DNA of 64,000 bases from an uncultured delta proteobacterium. Its GTDB lineage: Bacteria > Myxococcota_A > Polyangia > Fen-1088. Below the pieces are notes generated by a model. The model searched no databases, was not told the DNA's origin, and saw nothing but the letters and a program-made list of their open reading frames with translations. The stretch covers positions 1-64,000 of the forward strand of contig CAVTRY010000017.1 of assembly GCA_963737265.1 (NCBI GenBank). The letters run 5' to 3'. Below are positions 1-10,331 of the stretch, one piece after another; positions within the stretch are counted from its first letter, which is position 1; each line of letters starts with the position of its first letter. Made by a program: the position numbers and the translations under genes.

Positions 1-541
1 GATCTCGAAGGTGCTCAGGCAGACGCAGTTCTACGTAACCCTCAGACGGGTTTCGAATGCCCTGGAGTTAGCCAAGATCGATCCAGATACCGGCTTGCAG
101 GAGGTTGTTGGGCCTTCCCTCAACAAAGTCGTTGCCGTCTCCATGCAGAGGAATTTCTCGCGCGGGGCCATTTACATCTCTTATGCACAGGCGGATGCAC
201 GCGACAGGCAGACGGGCGAGCCGGTGCCGGAGGCGCCACGTTTGATCTGGGATGCCGTTGGCTCCCTGAGCAAACTTCCCTTGCGCCTGCAAGCCAGGGG
301 CGAGTTCGAATTTGTGAAGGCAAAGCCACTGGGCGATGGCTTTACCGGCGTCCCGGTCACAGAAGTTCGCGGCGCCGTCCTGCGGCCCTTTCTGGAAAAT
401 CGCATGTCCATTGGGGCGAACTTCCTGATTGCCGGCGGCTACACCGGCCAGACTACGGAGGTCCTCGTGCTACCGAACGACCCCGAGCCGTTCGAACGCG
501 TAGTAGGCGTGCCACTGAAGTCTTACGTAAGCCTGAGTTGA
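1..541 (+). CDS. C-terminal part of a TonB-dependent receptor-like outer-membrane protein (5'-truncated by window edge)
   Basis: Open frame from the window start; alternating beta-strand pattern (GAIYISYAQADARD...PVPEAPRLIWD) typical of barrel C-termini. Confidence 0.55.
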   Translation, partial: ISKVLRQTQFYVTLRRVSNALELAKIDPDTGLQEVVGPSLNKVVAVSMQRNFSRGAIYISYAQADARDRQTGEPVPEAPRLIWDAVGSLSKLPLRLQARGEFEFVKAKPLGDGFTGVPVTEVRGAVLRPFLENRMSIGANFLIAGGYTGQTTEVLVLPNDPEPFERVVGVPLKSYVSLS

Positions 542-576
542 ACCTACTACTTCAGGAAATAGGTTCAGCGGGCCGA

Positions 577-3480
577 TCAGAAAGCGGTGAGCCGGGCCGT
601 GAACTGGACCTGTCGAGCGCTGCCAAAGTGGTTGGTATCAGGCGCATAGAGCGGCTGTGCTGCGCTGAAGACAGGACTGGCCGACGAACCAAAGACGCTG
701 ATCGCCTCCGTTCCGAGGTTACGATTCCCTGCACCGGTGACGTTGAAGATGTCCATGAACAGATCGAGATGATGCCCCTCGCCCCGTAGGGCAAAGTCCT
801 TCACGAACCGAATATCCAGACTGAAAACCGCAGGCTGTCGGAGACTGTTCCGCGGCGCCACCGTCCCCCCAAGAATGGCGCGATCGTTCCAGTCGTTGCC
901 GTCGAGCTGAGTGTCGAACCCGATCACCGGATTGTAAGGTAGGCCGGAACGTGCAACGATGACAGGGTTAATCTTGAAACCGTAGGGAAGGTTCGTAATG
1001 GCGCTCAAGTTGAAGTTATTGCGAACGTCGAACGAGGAGTACGAGCCTTCGGCCGCCAGATCAAACGGGTTCAGCGCAGAAACGATGCTGAACGGTCCCA
1101 GGTTCGAGTTGTTGTCACGCGTGCGAGACAGCGTATAGTTTGCAGCCAACTGAGACCGTTTCGGAAGCTGCAGATTCGCGGTCACCAGAAATCCATCATA
1201 AGACGAGTGCGCTGAAGACTGATTGACCAGTAACTGCCCTACGCTGGAAAGCGGCCTCTCTGAGGGGAAGATCGGCATGCCAGAGGAATCATAGGTTGGA
1301 GGAAGCAGATTAGCATTCAGGAGCTGTTGCAAATCCCATGTACTGTTGCGCACGTAGCCAGCGGCAAGCGAGACCTTTGCCGAGACCTGCTGCTCAACTC
1401 CTGCTGCCACCTGGAAGGAACGCGGATTACGGAATTGCGGGTTTATCCCTACGACGAAGGCGGCGGGGACAGCCAGACCATGGGGCACGCTGGCGAGCGA
1501 GCGCAGAGCTTGACCCTGTCCTGATACGAGGCTCAGCAGCTGCGGATCATAGTAACTATCTACCGTTACGGTATTCACTCCGTTGTCGGTAAAGACCCGC
1601 TGAAAGAAAGTGGCTGGTGTCGGAGCGTCGTACAACCCGGAACTCAGCCTGACTATCGTCTTTGGAGTCGGATTCCAAGCAACGCCTAATCGCGGCTGCC
1701 ATTGGGCAAGGTCTGACGGGATATAGGTCGTCTGGGGAATTGCCGGATTCGCACGGTTGGGCTGAGGATTCCACTGGCCATCCCACCTGAGACCAGCCGT
1801 TATAGTTAGCTTCGCCGTGACCGGAAGCTTGATGTTTGCGTAGAGTCCAAGCGTGCGAATTGCGCCGCTATATGCCGCGCCCTGCTCGGCGAAGGTCTGT
1901 TGAAACCGGCGCGGTAAGCCATCGAGATAATCTGTCAGGGAATCGAAGTCGAAGCGGCCATTGAGGTTCGCCTCGTGTCGCTCTTGCGCGGGATCATAAG
2001 AGAAACCGCCACCAAAATGGAGAACCGTGCCGCCTCTAGTAACGACCAGGTCGTCGTTTACCCGGTTGATGTTGGAGGTGTAAGACTCGTTCTTCAGGCT
2101 GTTTCCACCCAGAATTCCGAAGCCGTTAATCACCATCTCTGGAGTGGTGGAGACCGGCGTGAGAGTGCGCTGATCCTGTGCCCACTGCGCAAGAACCTGA
2201 TTTACTTTCGTGGAGCCAATCACGGTCGTGAGACTGCCACGCAGCCAATAGCTATCTCCTGTGAGCTGCGCACTGTTGTCGATGGGTGCTGTGCTGCGGG
2301 TAGAGCCGTCGTCGATGTCCGTCGCATGCACGCGATTGAAGTTGAATTGCAAGTTAAGAGTGGTCGCCTGACTCAGCAATACATCGGTGCGAGCCGAGAC
2401 AGACGTCGGATCGTACTTGCTGACGATTTGCTGTTGCAGAGCAGACAAAGATGACGGAATTACGACGCCGGGGGCTTGCGGTTGAAATTCTGTCCAATAG
2501 GGGACGTCCAAGTAATCCTGCTCAGCACCTACATAGAAGAAAGCGCGGTTACGCTTAATTGGGCCGCCTATTGATCCGCCGAATTCATTTTGCGTGTTGT
2601 CAAGAGAATGACCGAATGTATCGCTGGAGGTCAGCGCAGAAGGGCGTCCTATATAAAACGCCTCACCCCGATACTTGTTGCTACCCTCCTTGGTGGAAAT
2701 GTTCAGAAAGCCTGCATTGGTGCCGCCCACCTCGGCTGATACCCCAGAATGCACAATTTGAAATTCGCGAACAACCGTCTGCGGAAAGAAGAGCGCTCCA
2801 TCTTGGGCACCGCGCTCTCCACCTTGCAGCGGATCGGTGAAGTCCGCGCCATCTACCGCGGCTGCCACGCTGTTAGGACGCTGACCATCGATCACGACTC
2901 CAGAGGAACCCGCGGCCGGCTGAACTCCGGCAGCCAGTTGGCCGAACTGGCTGAAGTCCCGGTCGCGATTCGGCAAGTACGTCACGGTGAGTCCCGCAAG
3001 AGTGTTGCTGACCGCCGGCTCTTCCTTATTGACAGCCGGAGGCAAAGTATTCCCTTCCAGGGTTGGTCCGTGAGCAGTCACGGTGACGTCGTGCGAAACC
3101 GCAGCGATACTCAACCTGATGGTGATCTGAACACTGCTACCCACCGCCAAAGTCACTCGCGTAGGCTTCTTCAGCGAGAATCCCGGCGCCTTCACCTCGA
3201 CTGTGTACAGTCCGGGAGTAAGCATCGCCGCGCTGAAGGTCCCGTTTTCGGTCGTAACCAAAGTGCGGGTCGAGGTGAAGTCGAGGTTGCGGAGAATGAC
3301 CTGGGCCCCGGCAACTGCATTTCCCTGCGGATCGCTGATCGTCCCGCCAATCGTACCTTTCGCCGCTGCCGACTGCGCAAATGCGGCACAATGGAAGACT
3401 GACAGGAGCAGGCAGGAGACGAGAAGCCACTTTGAGCCGAGGAAGTACGTCAGCAGAAAATCGTACCGGCGGACGGACAA
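577..3480 (-). CDS. TonB-dependent receptor, Oar-like, with N-terminal carboxypeptidase-regulatory-like domain
   Basis: GTIGGTISDPQG..VAGAQV domain, FGGSIGGPIK, LRWDGQ, ends ARQVQFTARLTAF. ORF extends to 3570, but TTG at 3480 has a GGAG RBS and is followed by a signal peptide. Confidence 0.85.
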   Translation of the reverse strand: MSVRRYDFLLTYFLGSKWLLVSCLLLSVFHCAAFAQSAAAKGTIGGTISDPQGNAVAGAQVILRNLDFTSTRTLVTTENGTFSAAMLTPGLYTVEVKAPGFSLKKPTRVTLAVGSSVQITIRLSIAAVSHDVTVTAHGPTLEGNTLPPAVNKEEPAVSNTLAGLTVTYLPNRDRDFSQFGQLAAGVQPAAGSSGVVIDGQRPNSVAAAVDGADFTDPLQGGERGAQDGALFFPQTVVREFQIVHSGVSAEVGGTNAGFLNISTKEGSNKYRGEAFYIGRPSALTSSDTFGHSLDNTQNEFGGSIGGPIKRNRAFFYVGAEQDYLDVPYWTEFQPQAPGVVIPSSLSALQQQIVSKYDPTSVSARTDVLLSQATTLNLQFNFNRVHATDIDDGSTRSTAPIDNSAQLTGDSYWLRGSLTTVIGSTKVNQVLAQWAQDQRTLTPVSTTPEMVINGFGILGGNSLKNESYTSNINRVNDDLVVTRGGTVLHFGGGFSYDPAQERHEANLNGRFDFDSLTDYLDGLPRRFQQTFAEQGAAYSGAIRTLGLYANIKLPVTAKLTITAGLRWDGQWNPQPNRANPAIPQTTYIPSDLAQWQPRLGVAWNPTPKTIVRLSSGLYDAPTPATFFQRVFTDNGVNTVTVDSYYDPQLLSLVSGQGQALRSLASVPHGLAVPAAFVVGINPQFRNPRSFQVAAGVEQQVSAKVSLAAGYVRNSTWDLQQLLNANLLPPTYDSSGMPIFPSERPLSSVGQLLVNQSSAHSSYDGFLVTANLQLPKRSQLAANYTLSRTRDNNSNLGPFSIVSALNPFDLAAEGSYSSFDVRNNFNLSAITNLPYGFKINPVIVARSGLPYNPVIGFDTQLDGNDWNDRAILGGTVAPRNSLRQPAVFSLDIRFVKDFALRGEGHHLDLFMDIFNVTGAGNRNLGTEAISVFGSSASPVFSAAQPLYAPDTNHFGSARQVQFTARLTAF

Positions 3481-3570
3481 TGAGACTCCAGAGGACAATG
3501 AGGTGCTCGATGGTGGCGGGCTTCCGCGTGCAGTTTCAGCAACACAGAAGCCCGCCTTGACCGCGGACAA

Positions 3571-6456
3571 TTAGAAGGTAATTCGAGCCATAAACTGCAT
3601 CTCGCGCGGCGGCCCGATGTTGGCCAGTCCGCCGACTGGCTGCCCAAACGTCGCAACTGGTGAGACAGCGTTGCCGTAGGTTCCGTTGCGGCCGAAATTG
3701 TTCTGGTGGTTGAAGACGTTGAACGCCTCGGCTCGCAGGATCAAACTCGTCCGCTCTTTGATCCGGAAAGACTTTTGCAGTGCGGTGTCAAAGTCGTAGA
3801 TCGCCGTACCTTGCCCCCAGTCGCGTGGGACCACCGCGCCGTTCACAAACGGCCGGTCCGAGTTATTGCCGTCGCCATTGTTATCGACACCGGTCGTGAC
3901 GTTATAAGGGAAGCCTGATCCCATCTGCGCCCAAACATCAAACGTGATACCCCATGGGAATTGGTACGTGCCACTCAGGGAGGCGCGGTTCGTCTGGTTA
4001 AGCAGACTGGTCGCCTTCTCGCACGTAACCAGGCAAGAGTAGTCGTTGGGATTCTGGCCGGTGCCGTCCCACTCGACGGTATTGATATCGTGCGACCATG
4101 TGTAGGTCAAAAGCAGCGACAGACGCCTGGACAGTTGCTTATTCAGCTTCACTTGCAGTCCGTCGTAATAAGCAGAGCCGAGGTTGGCGTAAGCCAGCAC
4201 CTGGCGATAGCCGTTCGCGACAGGCACGATCGGCCGGGTGGCATTGGCAGCGTTCGCTGAACGAGTTTGCCCCGCGGCAGTGCGAACAAAAGCGGAAGGT
4301 GAATTCAGGTCGACGGGCTGTTCGATGTGAATCGTGTGCGAGCCGATGTAATCCAGTGATAACAGCCAGCCCTTAGCGATCTCGTTCTCGATGCCGAAAT
4401 TCCATTGCTGGGTATACGGGTTATAGAACGTATTGGGACAGAAGCGCAATTGGGACACATTGAGGAACTGGTTCAGGTAGCCACACTGTCCGGGAAGAAT
4501 CGTAATGTCACGGGCGGGCAGGCTGGCCCCTGATGGGAACGCAGGGATCGGCGCGAATGACGTCGGAAACCCCAGCTGACCGGGAGCGGCAGTATATGTG
4601 AAGACTCCCTCTGGACCATTGAGAGCGGCGCTTGCTTCCAGGTTGGCGCGCTCCTCAGAGTAGTAAATGCCATAGCCGGCGCGGATCACGGTCGACTTGC
4701 CCGGCAAATTCCATGCCAGCCCAACACGGGGCGAGAAGTTAGTATTGGCGCCGGTAAACGTCTGCCCGTCGTACCGGAGTCCCAGGTTGACGGTCAGATT
4801 GGGTCGCACTGACCAGTTGTCCTGCACAAACAGGCCGTAGAGCGTTTCCTTGATGTTGTAGCTCGCATTGCCAAAGGACTGCGTGAAACTGCTTACGATC
4901 GGCGGAGACTTCTTGGGGTATCCGGGCGGCGGCAAGCCCGGGTTGTAGGTAATCAGCTCGTCAATCGGTATTGTCTGATACTTGGAATTCACCTGAAAAC
5001 GCCCGTCAATATAGCCGCTGCCGAATTCCTGGCCGTAGCCGCCCGATGACGAATAGATCACGTTAAATCCGGTCCTAAGCTGATGATGCCCGCGAACCAG
5101 GCTGACAGTGTCCGCCCACTCATACTGGTGATTCATTAACTGCGCCCAGCGCGAGTCGCCTGAGGTGTAGTAACCGGACACAAACTCCTGGGGCGCCGAA
5201 ACAACCGGCAGGAACTGGGTTATGGGCGATCCCACCTGCAACTGAAAACGAAATTGATTAAGCAGTGTCGGGCTGATGGTGGCCGTATCCGACAGAGCCG
5301 CCTCGTAGGTGTTGCGTGCAAATACCCGGGCGGCGCTGGGGAGAGTAACGCCGCTCACCGCGTCTTGAGGGTTCGTGTCCGAGAAGCGATCATAGTTGCC
5401 CCGCAGGGTAAGCAGGTTATTTTTCCCCAGTTGCTGATCGAGCCGGCCAAACAGCAGCGTCTGCCCAAAATTCCCGGTGTAGATAGAACCCGGCTGAACC
5501 GGCGAGGTAATCACGGCATCTCGATTCTGGCTGGAGTACTCCATTGAGAACAGAAAATAGGTTTTGTCTTTGACGATCGGTCCCGAAATTTCTCCACTAC
5601 CCTGGGCCAGCGTATTTACCGCCCTTTTGGTGGTAAGCGGGACATTCGCATCCGAGAAAGCCGGACGTCCCATCCCGATAAAATCGCCATGCCAGTCATT
5701 CGAACCCGATTTGGTAACGACGTTGACAGCGGTGCCCGCATTGCGTCCCCATTCCGACGACGTCGCATTGGTATAGACGGTGAACTCCTGCACCACCGAA
5801 AAGGGCACAGCAGCAAACATGGTTTGCCGGCCCCAACTGTCGTCAGCGTCGGTATTGTCGAGTTGATAGGTGGTCTGCCGACGTCCATTGCCGTTGATAA
5901 CGTACAGCGTCTCATTCAGGAACAGGTCGCCCGTCGTCTGCGCAGGACGTACTGAAGAGTTGAGCAAGGGAAGCGTCGTGATCTTGCGATTCAGAACTGG
6001 CGTGTCCTCGATTTTCGCCAGATCGAAGCGCGACGATACCTGATTCGACTCGGTCGGAACGGTGTTTGGAGTGCCAAAAACATCGATCACTGTCTTCTCA
6101 CCGGCAATACCGAGCGTGACGTTAATGGTCGCAGTACCGCCAGCGCGTAAATGGATGTCAGGCTGCTCGGCGGATTGGAAATGGGGTGCGCTGACTTTCA
6201 GGCCATAGGTACCCGTCAAAGGGATACCGATAAATGAGAAATTCCCGGCGGCATCGGTTGAGACCGTGCGTTCGAAAGCGGTATCTGGATTGCGGAGGGT
6301 CACCGAAGCGCCTGTTACTGCGCTGCCCTGCTGGTCCTGAATGTGTCCCTTTAGTGCTCCCAGATCGGTTTGAGACATAAGTGGCGTTGACAAAACCAGC
6401 CCTGTCCAGAAGATACAGGCCACGACAATGATTGGAGAAAGACGGTAGATGCGCAT
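3571..6456 (-). CDS. TonB-dependent receptor, Oar-like, with carboxypeptidase-regulatory-like domain
   Basis: Signal peptide, VVTKSGSNDWHG, QDNWSVRPNLTVNLGLRYD, NFSPRVGLAW, ends PREMQFMARITF. Confidence 0.88.
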   Translation of the reverse strand: MRIYRLSPIIVVACIFWTGLVLSTPLMSQTDLGALKGHIQDQQGSAVTGASVTLRNPDTAFERTVSTDAAGNFSFIGIPLTGTYGLKVSAPHFQSAEQPDIHLRAGGTATINVTLGIAGEKTVIDVFGTPNTVPTESNQVSSRFDLAKIEDTPVLNRKITTLPLLNSSVRPAQTTGDLFLNETLYVINGNGRRQTTYQLDNTDADDSWGRQTMFAAVPFSVVQEFTVYTNATSSEWGRNAGTAVNVVTKSGSNDWHGDFIGMGRPAFSDANVPLTTKRAVNTLAQGSGEISGPIVKDKTYFLFSMEYSSQNRDAVITSPVQPGSIYTGNFGQTLLFGRLDQQLGKNNLLTLRGNYDRFSDTNPQDAVSGVTLPSAARVFARNTYEAALSDTATISPTLLNQFRFQLQVGSPITQFLPVVSAPQEFVSGYYTSGDSRWAQLMNHQYEWADTVSLVRGHHQLRTGFNVIYSSSGGYGQEFGSGYIDGRFQVNSKYQTIPIDELITYNPGLPPPGYPKKSPPIVSSFTQSFGNASYNIKETLYGLFVQDNWSVRPNLTVNLGLRYDGQTFTGANTNFSPRVGLAWNLPGKSTVIRAGYGIYYSEERANLEASAALNGPEGVFTYTAAPGQLGFPTSFAPIPAFPSGASLPARDITILPGQCGYLNQFLNVSQLRFCPNTFYNPYTQQWNFGIENEIAKGWLLSLDYIGSHTIHIEQPVDLNSPSAFVRTAAGQTRSANAANATRPIVPVANGYRQVLAYANLGSAYYDGLQVKLNKQLSRRLSLLLTYTWSHDINTVEWDGTGQNPNDYSCLVTCEKATSLLNQTNRASLSGTYQFPWGITFDVWAQMGSGFPYNVTTGVDNNGDGNNSDRPFVNGAVVPRDWGQGTAIYDFDTALQKSFRIKERTSLILRAEAFNVFNHQNNFGRNGTYGNAVSPVATFGQPVGGLANIGPPREMQFMARITF

Positions 6457-6800
6457 GGCAAGCTAGACTAAAGGGCCACATGCACGTACTACCACTAGCA
6501 GTAGTTCTTAATTTACATTGGGTTGCTGAACGGTATACCACGCACATCAATTATTTGGGAAAACCCTGAGTACTCCAAAAAAAAGGCATAAGAAAAGGTG
6601 CCAAGGCGCGAAACGCCACACCGTGGATCCCTGCGGTTCGTTCACTTTTCAGCTCTGGAGAGACATTACGGCGGCATCTTTACACTGAAAAGATGTCGCA
6701 GGCGCCGTCGGGCAACTGATTGGCGACGCGTGCCCGGACAGCTGAAGTACACTGGCAAGACTTGCTCTGGTCGGAATCACGCAGTGCCGAGGACTTCTCG

Positions 6801-8109
6801 ATGCGAAACCTGGTTTTGTTAGTTGCGATTCTCGTCAGCACTTTCGCTTCAGCACAAAGTCAGGGCTCACCCGATGTAGCCCCCTTCATCAGCCTTCACG
6901 CTCCAACATTGGTCCTGGCGCACGTTCGCGTGATCGACGGCACCGGCGTCCAGCAAAAGAAGATCAGACCATCGTCATCGCCGGGGGCATGATCCAGGCA
7001 GTCGGGCCGGCGGGACGTCAATCACCATACCTGCCGGCGCTCAACAACTCGATCGCACGGGATAACAGTGATTCCCGGCCTGGTCGGCATGCACAATCAC
7101 CTCTACTACACCGACTCCACTTCGATGCAGCGCAATCCGACGGCAAGATCGACGAGCCCGGTTACGTCGTCAGGAGATGCCGTACACGCGCGCCGCGGCT
7201 GTATCTGGCGGCGGGCGTCACCACCATGCGCACTACCGGCAGCCTGGAGCCCTATACCGATATCAAGGTCAAGCAGCGCATTGACGCCGGCCTGATGCCG
7301 GGTCCCAAGATCGATCTGACCGCTCCTTATCTCGAAGGCAAGCCGACGTTCTTCGCGCAGATGCACGAGCTGACCGGCGCCTGACGATGCAAAGCGCATG
7401 GTGGACTACTGGGCCGACGAGGGCATGACCTCATACAAGGCCTACATGAACATCACGCGCGAGGAACTGGCCGCCGCCATCAGGCGGCGCACGCTCGCAC
7501 AAGCTCAAGCTGACTGGACATCTGTGCTCGGTGACCTGGCCGGAGGCGGTGGCGCTCGGCATCGACGATCTCGAACACGGACCGGTCTTCACCGACACTG
7601 AATTCGTCGCCGGCAAGAAGCCCGATGTGTGTCCGCGAGGCGGCGGCCAAGACCTGGATGAGCGTGGACATTAACGGCGCGCAGGTGACAGGCGACTGAT
7701 TCACGAATCTGATTTCGCATCATGTCGCGGTGACCTCGACTCTGCCGGTGTTCGAGGCCAGCGTGCCGGGGCGGCCCAAAGTTGCAGCGCGAGTGCTCGA
7801 CTGCCATGACCGCCGAGGCTATGCAAAGCTATCTGATGGCGCGTGCGCGCGTGGCCCTGGATTCGCCGATGACGGCGCTGTTCAAGAAGGAGCTGGAGTT
7901 TGAGTAGCGTTCGCGAAGGCGGGGGGCTTGCTGCTGGCCGGGCCGGATCCGACAGGCAACGGCGGGGTGCTGCCCGGCTTCGGCGATCAGCGCGAAGTGG
8001 AGTTGCTGGTCGAGGCGGGATTCAGCCGGTGGAAGCGATCCAGATCGCCACCAGAACGGCGCGGTCTATCTGGGTCAGCAGGACCATATAGGTACAATCG
8101 CCGCCGGTA
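6801..8109 (+). pseudogene. Secreted amidohydrolase family protein; many frameshifts, 3'-truncated
   Basis: Signal peptide MRNLVLL, VRVIDGTG, PGLVGMHNH (HxH), YLAAGVTTMR, LLAGPDP, IGTIAAG spread over several frames; stops at the junction at ~8109. Confidence 0.75.
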
Positions 8110-8453
8110 CGCTTCCAGTTTGGCCTCAGCCACCTCGACCTCGCCCGGGCGGTCTTGTCGTCCAGCTGCACCAGCACCGCTCCCGCCTGGACGACCTGGT
8201 TGACCGACACCGGCACCTCGCCAACAAGCCCCGGCGCCGCCGGACTCAGAGACAGGACGCCCCCCTCGACGTCGCCCTGTCCCAGAGCCACGACAATCGG
8301 CGAGGGAGAAGGCTTGCCAGGGACACGCAAAGCAGGCTCGCTCTCAATGGGCGTATTCTGGGCCCGCTCATCGCCTGGGGAGACTGCGGGCCGCAGCCGG
8401 CCAGGCTCCCGGCAGTCAGAGCCAGGACCACCAGATACAAGTCGCATTTCATG
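8110..8453 (-). pseudogene. N-terminal fragment of an HlyD/RND periplasmic adaptor lipoprotein
   Basis: MKCDLYLVVLALTAGSLAGC lipobox, then in a shifted frame IVVALGQGDVEGG...GLVGEVPVSVNQVVQAGAVLVQLDD (biotinyl-lipoyl-like); truncated. Confidence 0.6.
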
Positions 8454-8481
8454 GCACATCCCCCAGGCGCCCTGCTCCAGA

Positions 8482-8890
8482 GTTTCAGCAGTTTCCTCCT
8501 GCTTTCTGGCCGGTTTCCGACTCGTGGAGCCGGCCATCCTCCAGTTCGTAGACCCGATCCGCGCAGGAACGCACGCGGGGGTCGTGACTGACCAGCAAGA
8601 CACTCGTTTTCCTCCTGTGGGCTGCGTCGCACAGCAGGTCAACACGGGTGGCCGCGTCTCCAGTCGAGGGCCGCGGTCGGCTCGTCGGCGAAGAACAGGG
8701 TGGGCTTCTTGATCAGGGCCCGGGCGACGGCCACACGCTGCTGCTGCCCGCCGGACAGTTCATTGGGGCGGAGATGAACTTTGTTAGCCAGGCCGAGGAG
8801 GGCCAGCAGTTCCTCGGCACGCTTAGGGCCTGGTCCAGCGGCACCCCTTCGCCCATGCGAAGCACCATCTCCAGCTGTTGCCGGGCGGAC
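8482..8890 (-). pseudogene. C-terminal fragment of an ABC transporter ATP-binding protein (LolD/MacB-like), frameshifted
   Basis: Minus strand reads [32 protein letters not shown] and then [10 protein letters not shown]...RVYELEDG. Confidence 0.75.
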
Positions 8891-10251
8891 ATCTCACCCA
8901 GGACGAGGACGTGCTCGACACCTGGTTTTCGTCGTGGCTGTGGCCCTTCGCCACCCTCGGTTGGCCGGAGCAGACGCGCGAGTTGCGCACGTTCTATCCC
9001 ACCACCGTGATGGAGACCGGCTACGACATCCTGTTCTTCTGGGTGGCGCGCATGCTCATGGCCGGCCTGCACTTCATGAAGAAGGTTCCCTTTCGCACCG
9101 TGTACCTGCACACCATGGTCACCGACGACAAGGGTGACAAGATGTCCAAGGTCAAGGGCAACACCATCGATCCTCTCGACGTCGTACAGAAGCACGGCGC
9201 CGACGCCCTGCGCTTCGCTCTGGCCTGGCTGACCACGCAGGCGGCGCAAGGCAAGAACATCAAGTTTTCGTGGAGCAACGTCGAGGACGCGCGCCGCTTT
9301 GCCAACAAGATCTGGAACGCGACCCGCTTCGTGCTGATGAACCTGACCGACTACGATGCCGATCAGTTTTCGGATCGCACGGCCGAGGGACCGGACAGCG
9401 TCGAATTCGATCTGCCCGAGCGCTGGATTCTTTCCCGCACTCAGCGCGCCACCGAGGAGATCAACAACGCGCTCGAAGACTTCCGTTTCTCGGAAGCCGC
9501 GCAGCTGGTCTACCACTTCATCTGGGACGACATTTGCGACTGGTACATCGAGTTGGCCAAGGGGCGCCTGCAGGACCCAGCCAAGACCGGCGAGCGCTGG
9601 AAGATCCAGGGCACGCTCGTGACGATCCTCGACGCCGCCATGCGGCTGCTTCACCCCTTCATGCCCTTCATCACCGAGGAGCTCTGGCAGAAGCTGCCCA
9701 AGCCCCAGGGCGCTCCCCAGAGCATCATGATCACGCTTTACCCCATCGCCGATCCACGCTATGCGGACGACGCCACCGAAGTGTCGATGGCTCTCGTGCA
9801 GAAGGTGGTCACCGTGGTGCGGTCGCTGCGTACCGAGCACAACTTGCCGTCGTCGGCGCGGCCCAAGGTGATTCTCAACGTCAGCGACGACTACAAGAAA
9901 ACCATCCTCGACGGCTACCGCAACGTCGTGTCCGAGCAGTCGCGCCTGGGCGAACTTGTGGTTCGCCGTTCAGGCGATGCGCCGGAAGGCATGGTGATGA
10001 CCTCGATGGCCGGCGATGTCGAGGTGTTGCTGGTGGTGGAAGTCAAGGCCGACAGTGGCGCCGAGCGGGCAAAGCTGGAAAAGGATCAGGCGACCCTGAG
10101 CAAGGATCGCGACTACCTGGCCAAGAAACTGGCCAATCCCCAGTTCGTCGAAAAGGCGCCGCGGGCCGTGCTGGACAAAGACCGCGCTCGTTTGACCGAA
10201 ATCGAGGCCGCCCTGGCGCGGGTCGAATCGGCGCTCGGCCGGTTGAATTGA
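8890..10251 (+). CDS. valS: Valine--tRNA ligase, C-terminal half (5'-truncated at junction)
   Basis: [59 protein letters not shown]-terminal coiled coil; HIGH motif absent. Confidence 0.93.
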   Translation, partial: HLTQDEDVLDTWFSSWLWPFATLGWPEQTRELRTFYPTTVMETGYDILFFWVARMLMAGLHFMKKVPFRTVYLHTMVTDDKGDKMSKVKGNTIDPLDVVQKHGADALRFALAWLTTQAAQGKNIKFSWSNVEDARRFANKIWNATRFVLMNLTDYDADQFSDRTAEGPDSVEFDLPERWILSRTQRATEEINNALEDFRFSEAAQLVYHFIWDDICDWYIELAKGRLQDPAKTGERWKIQGTLVTILDAAMRLLHPFMPFITEELWQKLPKPQGAPQSIMITLYPIADPRYADDATEVSMALVQKVVTVVRSLRTEHNLPSSARPKVILNVSDDYKKTILDGYRNVVSEQSRLGELVVRRSGDAPEGMVMTSMAGDVEVLLVVEVKADSGAERAKLEKDQATLSKDRDYLAKKLANPQFVEKAPRAVLDKDRARLTEIEAALARVESALGRLN

Positions 10252-10331
10252 ACAGGCTGAGCACACATGTGACATGCATTCGCAGCTGCCACAGGCAAAC
10301 GAATCTCCTCCTTCACGCACCGTCGCCGCCG

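Noticed and set aside
6457-6800. Cobalamin riboswitch upstream of the TonB receptors
   Set aside because: B12-box and GCCACTG motifs not found
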